A stretch of DNA of 63,078 nucleotides, filler included, from Stramenopiles sp. TOSAG23-6 (taxonomy: Eukaryota): assembly GCA_900128565.1 (NCBI GenBank). It is 23 parts of 23 records of this genome, joined end to end, with 100 filler letters (N's around TTAATTAATTAA, not from the genome) between each part and the next. Parts side by side here need not be neighbours in the genome. Positions count along the whole stretch, not along the records: positions 46,813 to 49,447 come from LT637906.1; positions 49,548 to 52,176 come from LT637907.1; positions 52,277 to 54,905 come from LT637908.1; positions 55,006 to 57,632 come from LT637909.1; 19 more parts are not named here. One strand, 5' to 3'. Numbering within the stretch: the stretch's first letter is position 1; every line of letters begins with the position of its first letter. A program made the position numbers and the translations under genes. Shown here one piece after another: positions 46,927 through 57,732 of the stretch. The notes below the pieces were generated by a model. It made no database searches and had not been told where the DNA came from. It saw only the letters and a list, made by a program, of their open reading frames with translations.

Positions 46927-49200
46927 ATTGAGACAAAATTTTCGTAAATCATCATAGTCATTGTCTGGATCATATTCAAAATCATTTAAATGCAATACTA
47001 ATGTCGTTTTTACCAATCCTGCCTTTTGAAGAATACATTTATCTTTTCTTTCCTCAATATCAAATTTTGTTCCTTCCTATATTTTGAAAAATATTATTTT
47101 TTTAATTTGTTAGGTATGAAATTTTTTTTGAAATTTTTTTTTTTGAAATTTTTTTTGAAATTTTTTTTTTTTTTGAAAATAAAAAAAAAATAAATGAAAA
47201 AATGAAAAAATACATCTAAGTTTTGCCAAACGTCTAAAAACTGTAAAAAAGGATGTCGATTGGTTTCATCAGGTACAATTTCATATTCTACAATACTATC
47301 TTTATCTGGTATTTTTTCATCATTTATGTATTATTAAAAAAAATAAATTGTCTAATTGTTAGGTACAACATTTCGTACAAATTTTTTTAAAAAAAAGTTT
47401 AAAAAAAAAAAATAAATAAATAAATGATGAAAACAAACCTGCTAAAGACACGTTTAAAAATAGCACTATTTTCATCTGGTTTACCCTTGTCATAGATTGC
47501 AAATACAGCTACATCAATACTCTCCGCAAATTGATCAAGAACATGTATTTTGGAAAAATATTTCAAAAAAAAAAAAAAATTAAAAAAAAAAAATTCTTAG
47601 GTACAAAATTTCGTACAAAAAAAAAAAAAAAAAAAATATTCAAAATGGGTCAAAATATTTTTTTTGAAATTCATCCATTATTATCAAAATTTGTGAATGA
47701 TACAATATATAACATACTTCCTTATAAATCTCTGCTACAATATTTGGATCATTGCCATACTCTCCACAACCTAAAGCACCTAAAATAACAAATCGTTTTC
47801 CATATAATTTTAAACAATATTTTTTGATTTTTTTTTTTTTTGAAAATTTGTTAGGTACAAAATTTCGTATGAAAAAAAAATTAAAAAAAAAAATTCAAAA
47901 ATATTTTTTGATTTTTTTTTTTTGGCTTAGGTACAAAATTTCGTATGAAACCAAAAAAAAAAAAAGTAAAACATACATTTTCTGCAAGAGTTTGAAATTG
48001 CGCAACGATTCTTTTTTTCATTTCTTCTTTTTTTGTTTTGTAATGTTTTTTAAAAATTCGTCGTGGATTCATTCGACGATTATCCACCGCCGCAGCTCTC
48101 ATTTCATAAAATGGAGTAATTTTATCATCTCGAAGTAAACACCCTGTATTGTAAAGAAAAAAAAAATTCAAAAAAAAAAAATTTTAAATTTTTTGTTAGG
48201 TACAAAATTTACTATGAAAAAAAAAATTTCAAAAAAAAAATTCAAAAAAAAATTTCAAAAAAAAAATTTCAAAAAAAAAAATTTCAAAAAAAAAATTTCA
48301 AAAAATTGTGAAACATACATTTATCAGAACGATTTGATTTGATACGTACATTTAGTGAATTGGTTGTTAAATGCACACGACGCGAAAGTAACTGTATTTT
48401 GAGAAAATATTGTAATTTTTTTAAAATTTGATTTTTTTTTTGTTAGGTAACAAATTTCATACCAAAAAAAAAAAAAAAAAAAATATGAATCATGAAAAAT
48501 TACATCATCTTTTAAATGATTTACTTCGACCTCTGGATACATAGTTTGTTTATCAATGGTTTCATTAATTTTTCGTCCTTCGCATTCATTTGCTTTTCCA
48601 TTTATTAAATCTGCCTGTTTTGTGTGAAGAAAAAACATCAATAATAATAATAATGTTAGGTATGAAATTTTGTATGAATTTTTTTTTTTTTTTTTTTTAA
48701 TATTCATAGTAAAATTCATAGTAAAATTCATAGTAAAAAAATACTTGATGCTTCTTATAAATTCCACTTTTGTTTGTACCTAAACCCCAATATGTATGTT
48801 TAAAATCATCAATACTCATGTTTGTATATACATCAGTAGTTCGGAGAATTTCTTCTTCTTGTGTTAAGGCACCTGTAGTAGTAAAAAATATTGAAAAAAT
48901 GAAAAAAAATTTTTAGTTTTTTTAGTTTCAAAAAAAAAAAAAAAAAAATTTTTAGTTTCAAAAAAAAAAAATTCATGATAAATTTTTTTTTTTTTAAAAT
49001 ACCTTCAAGATATCTACCTCCAAAATGATAAGCACTAGCTAACAAAAGTACAACAAAAGTTTCTCCAAATTTTTCAGTGTATTTTGTTAGTATTTTCCCG
49101 ACATCACCACGTTCAATAAAAACTTTCATTGGATTTCGTGTCAACTTTTGTTTTTTGTTTTGTCTCCATCGATTCATATTTATTTCAGCCTTTTGATGAT
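46927..49200 (-). CDS. Microbial-type PARG (DUF2263/TIGR02452-like macrodomain), partial; exons 49200-49003, 48872-48745, 48614-48504, 48391-48319, 48143-47977, 47801-47718, 47542-47439, 47325-47214, 47076-46927
   Basis: Not visible in the ORF track. Manual splicing gives LLASAYHFGGRYLEGALTQEEEILRTT, PFYEMRAAAVD, VILGALGCGEYGNDP and VAVFAIY, with all exon phases consistent. Confidence 0.82.
47326..47438 (-). other. Non-canonical GT-AT intron
   Basis: AG|GTTTGT...TACCTAAC...AATAATACAT|A; frame preserved. Confidence 0.7.
47543..47717 (-). other. Non-canonical GT-AT intron
   Basis: GAA|GTATGT...TTCCAAAATACAT|GTT joins IYKE to VLDQF. Confidence 0.8.
47802..47976 (-). other. Non-canonical GT-AT intron
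   Basis: AAT|GTATGT...AAAATTATAT|GGA joins TLAEN to GKRFVILGALGCG. The next AG would shift the frame. Confidence 0.8.
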
Positions 49201-49547
49201 ATGTATTTTGTAAAAATATTTTTTTTTTTTTTGAGATTTTTGAATTTTTTTTTGTTAGGTATGAAACTTCGTATGAAAAAAAAAAAAAAAAAAAAAAATA
49301 TTTCTTTAGGTATGAAGTTTCGTTTAAAAAAAAAAAAAAAAAAAAATTTTTTTTGGGATGAAGTTTTGTTTAAAAAAAAAAAAAAAAAAAAAATTTTTTT
49401 TTTTTTTGAAAATTTTTAAAAATTTTTGTTAGGTATGAAATTTCGTANNNNNNNNNNNNNNNNNNNNNNNNNNNNNNNNNNNNNNNNNNNNTTAATTAAT
49501 TAANNNNNNNNNNNNNNNNNNNNNNNNNNNNNNNNNNNNNNNNNNNN

Positions 49548-49579
<32 letters not shown>

Positions 49580-49642
49580 TATGAAATTTTGTACCTAACA
49601 AATTTTTTTAGAATTTTTTTGAAATATTTTTTCACAATTTAT

Positions 49643-49962
49643 CTGATGATGATATTGATTTTAACCTTGATTATTATTATGATGATACTGATGATGATGA
49701 TGATTTGACCGAGGAAGAAAGACAATTACACATTGAAAATCAATGGTGTAATGACCAATACCGTTTAAAAACAAGAAGAATGTCATTTGGGGATGATGAT
49801 GACTCTACTAACCCTAACCCTCGATATAATATGGATGATATTTCAACATATTATGCAAATATTTCACCATTCTCTTCTCAACACAATGCTGCCATAACAA
49901 TCCAAGCAATGTATCATCGTAATCAACTCCGTCATGAGAAAAAACATGAATCAAAAGTATGA
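49643..49962 (+). CDS. Terminal exon, acidic, with IQ motif (duplicate at 52372-52691)
   Basis: AAITIQAMYHRNQLR; preceded by intron end TTCACAATTTAT. Confidence 0.6.
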
Positions 49963-50091
49963 ATTGTATATAACAACAAAACACGAAATTCTTCCAAGTT
50001 AAAGTTGAAATCGTGTTTTTTAAATTTTTTAATTTTTTTAAATTTTTTTATTTTTTTATCGAAAATAAAAAAATAAAAAATATATAAAAAA

Positions 50092-51270
50092 TTATTCACT
50101 ATCACTATCAACAATTCTTCTCTTGATACGTTTTTTCTTTCTTGGTGGTTGCATATCTTCATTCGTTGACATTGATGATGATATGTCCATTGATTTTTCA
50201 TTCTCAAAATTTTTATTTTTCAATATTTCATTTTGGTCATTTTGGTTAGGGGTAGCATTATTATTATCCCCTAGATTGGTAGACGATTTCGTAGTAAAAT
50301 CTGTAGTTAAATCCATCATATCCTCATCATCATCATCATCATCATCATCATTTTTTTTTGATAGTCGACGTCTTTTGAATCGAGATTTTTTTGTAGTATT
50401 TTTTGTAGTATTTTTTTTGTTATTTTTCAAATTATTCAATGTTTGAATATTTTCATCATTAGGGTTAGGGTTAGCGCCTTGTAATCGAGATAAAACTTTA
50501 CTCCATTTAATTTGTTCTTGTGATTGATCGACGGTATACAAAATAGTTAAACCATTGGTAGCATCAATATTAAGAATTGTACCTATATTGAAAAAATATA
50601 TTTCGAAACATTTTACAACTTTTTTTTGTTAGGTACAACATTTACTATGAAAAAAAAATTATTGAAAAAAAAAAAATTATTGAAAAAAAAAAATTATTGA
50701 AAAAAAAAAAAGTTAAATATAGAAAAATTACAATCGTACCATTTGCCCTTATACCCAACAACAATTTCATCATTGACAGACCAACGACCGATTGCGAAAT
50801 CAGGAATTTTTGACTTCATTTTATCTTTTTGCATTTTCTCGATTTCGTGTTTTTTAGCTCTTTCTTCTGAATTTTTTTGTATCTCCGAAGGCAATTGTTT
50901 TTTAAGTATTTGATCCATATCACGAAGATGTTTATTTGGTACTAGATTTGAAATCCACCAAGCTGTTGTTTAGAAAATTTTAAAAATTTTATATTATTAG
51001 GTACGAAATTTTGTATGTGAATGAAAAAAAATTTAAAAAAAATTTAAAAAAAAATTTAAAAAAAAAATTTACATTTTTTTTAAAAAATGAAAATTTTTTT
51101 CAATCTATTTTTAAATACATGTACAATTCATATTAAAAACGTACATTTAATTTCAGGCGATGGTGAAATATTTGGAGGAAGAAATTCCAAAGATCGAAGA
51201 ACTCGATGAACCTATAGTGTGAAAAAATATTTCAAAAATTACAAAAATGTTTGTTAGGTACAAAATTTTG

Positions 51271-51301
<31 letters not shown>

Positions 51302-52176
51302 GTGAAATGAATTTTGAAATGAATTTTTGAAATGAATTTTGAAAGACTTACACTGCGATTTGATAGCCAATGTTGAATATTTTCGGGTTGTGTAGTATCA
51401 TTCATCTCTTCTGTAGACAATTTCTTTTTCGACTGTTTTGATTCAACATTTGTACCTAATTGGTACAAAGGAACTGAATATTTTTTTGTTTCATCATTTT
51501 TTGAATTTTCATCATTTTTTGAATTTTCATTTTCATCATTTTCATCACTTTCGACTTCATCTTCATCACTTTCATCACTTTCATCTTCATCATTTGAATA
51601 TTCATCACTTTCATCACTTTCATCATCATCATCTTCTTCATCATCATCATCATCACTTTTTGTATCTTCATTTTGTTGACTTAATTGAGAACTCATTACA
51701 TTCAATATCTGCATACTAATCCATTGTTTGAATGGTTTTAATGATTTTTTACTTAATTTGAACTCATTTTCTAATAAATTTCGTACTTTACTACCAAATA
51801 GTGTAAGAAAATATGTCAGAGAATAATAATGTTAGGTATCTAGATTATGTTTTAGTATTGGATTTTTATAATTGTACAACAAAATTAAAATTGAAATTTA
51901 AATTAAAATTTAAAAAAAAAAAAAAATTTGTTTTCTGTTAGGTACAAAATTTTGTATAATAAAAAAAATGTATATATATATATTATATATATATATATAT
52001 ATATAGGGTTAGGGTGTATAAAAACGTACTGTCATTGTGTTCATATCTGCATCTTTAAGAATATTTGATATTTCGTGAATAATTTGCTGTGCTGTCAACC
52101 CAACTGTAGAAAAATCAGGTCCATTTGTTGTATCAATTTCCATGCTAGGGTTAGGGTTTTCATCGATGTTTTGTTC
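50092..52176 (-). CDS. Chromatin-type protein with DEK-C and Tudor-like domains, 5'-partial; exons 52176-52030, 51795-51352, 51211-51145, 50962-50732, 50582-50092
   Basis: ILKDADMNTMT|GSKVRNLLENEF (DEK-C); WSVNDEIVVGYKGKWYDCTIL..ILY (Tudor-like). Phases are consistent. Confidence 0.68.
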
Positions 52177-52276
52177 NNNNNNNNNNNNNNNNNNNNNNNN
52201 NNNNNNNNNNNNNNNNNNNNTTAATTAATTAANNNNNNNNNNNNNNNNNNNNNNNNNNNNNNNNNNNNNNNNNNNN

Positions 52277-52308
<32 letters not shown>

Positions 52309-52820
52309 TATGAAATTTTGTACCTAACAAATTTTTTTAGAATTTTTTTGAAATATTTTTTCACAATTTATCTGATGATGATATTGATTTTAACCTTGAT
52401 TATTATTATGATGATACTGATGATGATGATGATTTGACCGAGGAAGAAAGACAATTACACATTGAAAATCAATGGTGTAATGACCAATACCGTTTAAAAA
52501 CAAGAAGAATGTCATTTGGGGATGATGATGACTCTACTAACCCTAACCCTCGATATAATATGGATGATATTTCAACATATTATGCAAATATTTCACCATT
52601 CTCTTCTCAACACAATGCTGCCATAACAATCCAAGCAATGTATCATCGTAATCAACTCCGTCATGAGAAAAAACATGAATCAAAAGTATGAATTGTATAT
52701 AACAACAAAACACGAAATTCTTCCAAGTTAAAGTTGAAATCGTGTTTTTTAAATTTTTTAATTTTTTTAAATTTTTTTATTTTTTTATCGAAAATAAAAA
52801 AATAAAAAATATATAAAAAA

Positions 52821-53999
52821 TTATTCACTATCACTATCAACAATTCTTCTCTTGATACGTTTTTTCTTTCTTGGTGGTTGCATATCTTCATTCGTTGACA
52901 TTGATGATGATATGTCCATTGATTTTTCATTCTCAAAATTTTTATTTTTCAATATTTCATTTTGGTCATTTTGGTTAGGGGTAGCATTATTATTATCCCC
53001 TAGATTGGTAGACGATTTCGTAGTAAAATCTGTAGTTAAATCCATCATATCCTCATCATCATCATCATCATCATCATCATTTTTTTTTGATAGTCGACGT
53101 CTTTTGAATCGAGATTTTTTTGTAGTATTTTTTGTAGTATTTTTTTTGTTATTTTTCAAATTATTCAATGTTTGAATATTTTCATCATTAGGGTTAGGGT
53201 TAGCGCCTTGTAATCGAGATAAAACTTTACTCCATTTAATTTGTTCTTGTGATTGATCGACGGTATACAAAATAGTTAAACCATTGGTAGCATCAATATT
53301 AAGAATTGTACCTATATTGAAAAAATATATTTCGAAACATTTTACAACTTTTTTTTGTTAGGTACAACATTTACTATGAAAAAAAAATTATTGAAAAAAA
53401 AAAAATTATTGAAAAAAAAAAATTATTGAAAAAAAAAAAAGTTAAATATAGAAAAATTACAATCGTACCATTTGCCCTTATACCCAACAACAATTTCATC
53501 ATTGACAGACCAACGACCGATTGCGAAATCAGGAATTTTTGACTTCATTTTATCTTTTTGCATTTTCTCGATTTCGTGTTTTTTAGCTCTTTCTTCTGAA
53601 TTTTTTTGTATCTCCGAAGGCAATTGTTTTTTAAGTATTTGATCCATATCACGAAGATGTTTATTTGGTACTAGATTTGAAATCCACCAAGCTGTTGTTT
53701 AGAAAATTTTAAAAATTTTATATTATTAGGTACGAAATTTTGTATGTGAATGAAAAAAAATTTAAAAAAAATTTAAAAAAAAATTTAAAAAAAAAATTTA
53801 CATTTTTTTTAAAAAATGAAAATTTTTTTCAATCTATTTTTAAATACATGTACAATTCATATTAAAAACGTACATTTAATTTCAGGCGATGGTGAAATAT
53901 TTGGAGGAAGAAATTCCAAAGATCGAAGAACTCGATGAACCTATAGTGTGAAAAAATATTTCAAAAATTACAAAAATGTTTGTTAGGTACAAAATTTTG

Positions 54000-54030
<31 letters not shown>

Positions 54031-54905
54031 GTGAAATGAATTTTGAAATGAATTTTTGAAATGAATTTTGAAAGACTTACACTGCGATTTGATAGCCAAT
54101 GTTGAATATTTTCGGGTTGTGTAGTATCATTCATCTCTTCTGTAGACAATTTCTTTTTCGACTGTTTTGATTCAACATTTGTACCTAATTGGTACAAAGG
54201 AACTGAATATTTTTTTGTTTCATCATTTTTTGAATTTTCATCATTTTTTGAATTTTCATTTTCATCATTTTCATCACTTTCGACTTCATCTTCATCACTT
54301 TCATCACTTTCATCTTCATCATTTGAATATTCATCACTTTCATCACTTTCATCATCATCATCTTCTTCATCATCATCATCATCACTTTTTGTATCTTCAT
54401 TTTGTTGACTTAATTGAGAACTCATTACATTCAATATCTGCATACTAATCCATTGTTTGAATGGTTTTAATGATTTTTTACTTAATTTGAACTCATTTTC
54501 TAATAAATTTCGTACTTTACTACCAAATAGTGTAAGAAAATATGTCAGAGAATAATAATGTTAGGTATCTAGATTATGTTTTAGTATTGGATTTTTATAA
54601 TTGTACAACAAAATTAAAATTGAAATTTAAATTAAAATTTAAAAAAAAAAAAAAATTTGTTTTCTGTTAGGTACAAAATTTTGTATAATAAAAAAAATGT
54701 ATATATATATATTATATATATATATATATATATAGGGTTAGGGTGTATAAAAACGTACTGTCATTGTGTTCATATCTGCATCTTTAAGAATATTTGATAT
54801 TTCGTGAATAATTTGCTGTGCTGTCAACCCAACTGTAGAAAAATCAGGTCCATTTGTTGTATCAATTTCCATGCTAGGGTTAGGGTTTTCATCGATGTTT
54901 TGTTC
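52821..54905 (-). CDS. Duplicate copy of the DEK-C/Tudor-like gene
   Basis: Identical to 50092-52176. Confidence 0.65.
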
Positions 54906-55114
54906 NNNNNNNNNNNNNNNNNNNNNNNNNNNNNNNNNNNNNNNNNNNNTTAATTAATTAANNNNNNNNNNNNNNNNNNNNNNNNNNNNNNNNNNNNNNN
55001 NNNNNTTTTTTTAAAAAAAAAAAAAAAAAAAAAATTGTGTTTTTTGTATGAAAATTTTGTACCTAATTTTTTTTTTTTTTTTTGACCAAAAAAAAATATT
55101 TTTTCACAGTATAG

Positions 55115-55935
55115 AATTTCTGGTCTTTTCGACCTAAAATTAATAAGCGCTCGCGGGACAGACGGCCAAGGACATTAGATGAGATGAGTACTGGAGATGC
55201 TTTGCGAAAAGAAACAACACAGAGACTTTTAAAGATAAAAGCAGAACAAGATATGTATGTTTTTAAAAACCCTAATTTAAATTTTTTTTTCAAAAATTTT
55301 TTCAAAATTTTTTCAATTTTTTTTTTTTTTTTTTCATAGTAAATTTTGTACCTAACCAAAAAAAAAAATATATATATTTTTTCACAATAAATGATGAAAG
55401 GTGTTACGTTCCAACCCAAGACGAATAGTGGGTCTCGTCTTGCACCACAAAGTGTGGGGCGATTGCAAATTCTTAGTGCTCCAGACAGTTACATTGCAAG
55501 AGTACAAAATCAAGTATGTTTTTTTTTTTTTTTCAATGTTTAGTCAAAATTTTCTTTATACGAAATTTTGTACCTAACAAATTTTCAAAATTTTTTTTGA
55601 AATATTTTTTCATCATACATGCAAATTTAAATTCGGAAAGGAAAAGACGAGCTGCACAGGAATCCGATATGATGGAATTCTCTGAATGTACATTTAAACC
55701 ACAAGTTCATGATGCTCCTGCCTATATGTATGTTTTTTTTTCAATGTTCAGTTTTTTAGTCTAAATTTTTTTTTTATACGAAATTTTGTACCTAACGAAT
55801 TTTTTTTTTTTTTGAAATATTTTTCCAAAATAAATTATACGAATCGCAAGAAGTTTAGCTGCAACCAAGGCTGCTAGAGCTGCGGCTGAGGCAGTTCATA
55901 ATAATAAACGCATAGAAAAACCATCTTGGAAGTAA
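55115..55935 (+). CDS. C-terminus of a protein with (C/V)TF(K/Q)P repeats; exons 55115-55254, 55393-55513, 55621-55727, 55836-55935
   Basis: Three GT-AT introns give WSFRPKIN, DMMKGVTFQPK, ECTFKPQVHDAPAYIIRIARS...KPSWK*. Confidence 0.75.
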
Positions 55936-55981
55936 AGCAAACAATAACTAATAATAAATGCATAGAAAAGCCAATTTGTGG

Positions 55982-56071
55982 ACGTAGTATGAATTTTGTT
56001 TGTACAACATCTTAGGTACAAAATTTCGTATGAAAAAAAAATATTTTGAAAAAAAAAAAAAAAACACACAC
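55982..56071 (-). mobile_element. Intron-family element in non-coding DNA, inserted in one unit of a local repeat
   Basis: Minus strand GTGTGTGTTT...CATACGAAATTTTGTACCTAAG...CATACTACGT. Removing it restores TGGAAGTAAAGCAAA as in the neighbouring unit. Confidence 0.7.
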
Positions 56072-56331
56072 AAGTAAAGCAAATTTTCTGTAACTACTAT
56101 ACGATAATACATGCATAGAAAAAAGCTAAATTGGGAAATAAAGGCACTGATATAAGTGTTGATAAATATATTTTCGCAATAAAAAAGAGTTGTTTAAATT
56201 GTAAATTTTTTTTTTGTCAAATGTTTTTTTATTTTTATAAAAATTTTACACAAATAGTACGCAATGTACAATTTAAATTTACAGTATGAAAAATACAGAT
56301 AAAAAAAAAGTTGAAAATCAAATTAAAAAAA

Positions 56332-57133
56332 TTATAAGACTGCAAATAAAAGCGCAGCTGATTCAGGATTTTTTCGAATTCGTCGTTTTCTTGGACTTTC
56401 TTTAGGTTTTTTTGTATGTTTTGTATGTTTTTTTGTAGTAGGGTTAGGGTTTGGAGATTCTGTATTAGGGTTAGGGTTTACTACATCATTTTTTCCTATT
56501 TGAGTTTTTTTTTCAAAATCATTTATTCGATTCTCTCTTGGACTTTTTGGAGTTTTTGGAGTTGTTGGACGTCTAAACGATTTTCCACTTGAAGTAGCTA
56601 ACCATGTATTTTGGAAAAATATTTGAAAAGAAAAATTAAAAATTTTTGTTAGGTACAAAATTTCGTATGAAACCAAAAACCAAAAAAAATAAAAATAAAA
56701 ATATTTTTTTTTTTTTACCGAAAAAAAAAAAAATTAATAAAACATACAATTACGTAATGTATAAGAGCATTCAGCATTAGAATAACGAGGTCTTATATTT
56801 CGTATCGTTTTTGATCTTTTTAATGAAAATAACTCTTTATTTGTGTTGATAAACTGTTCAGAAGATCCAACGGAGCTAATGTTACCCAACGAAAGTTGTC
56901 GTAATTTTAAAGGTAACTTTCCATGTAGTAAGAAAAATATTTCAAAAAAAAAAAAAAATTCGTTAGGTACAAAATTTCGTACGAAAAAAAAAATTGAAAA
57001 AAAAATAAAACATACAGTATTTGTTCTAGCCTTTCGCATATCTTCCAACATACTATGACACTCCAATGCAGATTTTGCAGCAGGTCTGTAATGAGGTATA
57101 TTTCTATTCACTTTATTCACTGAATAGACTTTC

Positions 57134-57173
<40 letters not shown>

Positions 57174-57566
57174 CATCTGGATACAATTTATTCTCTTGTA
57201 TAGCTTTTTTAGATTCATCTATATTCAAATTTTGTATAGTTTTATTAGGGTTAGGGTTTTGAAGACTATTTGAAAGTATTGAATGAATACGAAATTCAGG
57301 TAAACACAAGTCTAAACATGACGTCACAAATGGTCTCCAAATATCAGTATCTGTAAAAAAACGTTCCACTAAAAGTTGAATGGATGTATTTTGAAAAAAT
57401 ATTTAAAAATTTACCAAAAAAAAAATTTGTTAGGTACAAAATTTTTTTACCAAAAAAAAAAAAAATCGATTAGGGCTAGGGTTAGGGTTAAAAAAAAAAA
57501 TAAAACATACATTGAGTCTCACATATTTTATCTAAAAAATGCCCACGTTCTTTTTCAGTCGCAGAA
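56332..57566 (-). CDS. C-terminal part of a protein with a polyQ tract; exons 57566-57511, 57383-57016, 56922-56748, 56603-56332
   Basis: Three GT-AT introns give a continuous ORF. FLDKICETQSIQLLVERF is weakly dDENN-like. Confidence 0.65.
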
Positions 57567-57732
57567 ATGTATTTTAGAAAAATATTTCAAAATTTTTTTT
57601 GTTAGGTACAAATTTTTTTTTTTTTTTTTTGANNNNNNNNNNNNNNNNNNNNNNNNNNNNNNNNNNNNNNNNNNNNTTAATTAATTAANNNNNNNNNNNN
57701 NNNNNNNNNNNNNNNNNNNNNNNNNNNNNNNN

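Larger units (their letters stand above)
49548..54905. repeat. Two identical contigs (49548-52176 and 52277-54905)
   Basis: Offset +2729 with identical ORFs. Confidence 0.95.

Noticed and set aside
51438-51719. His-rich and Met/Lys-rich ORFs
   Set aside because: Antisense or off-frame readings of an Asp/Glu-rich GAT/GAA coding tract.
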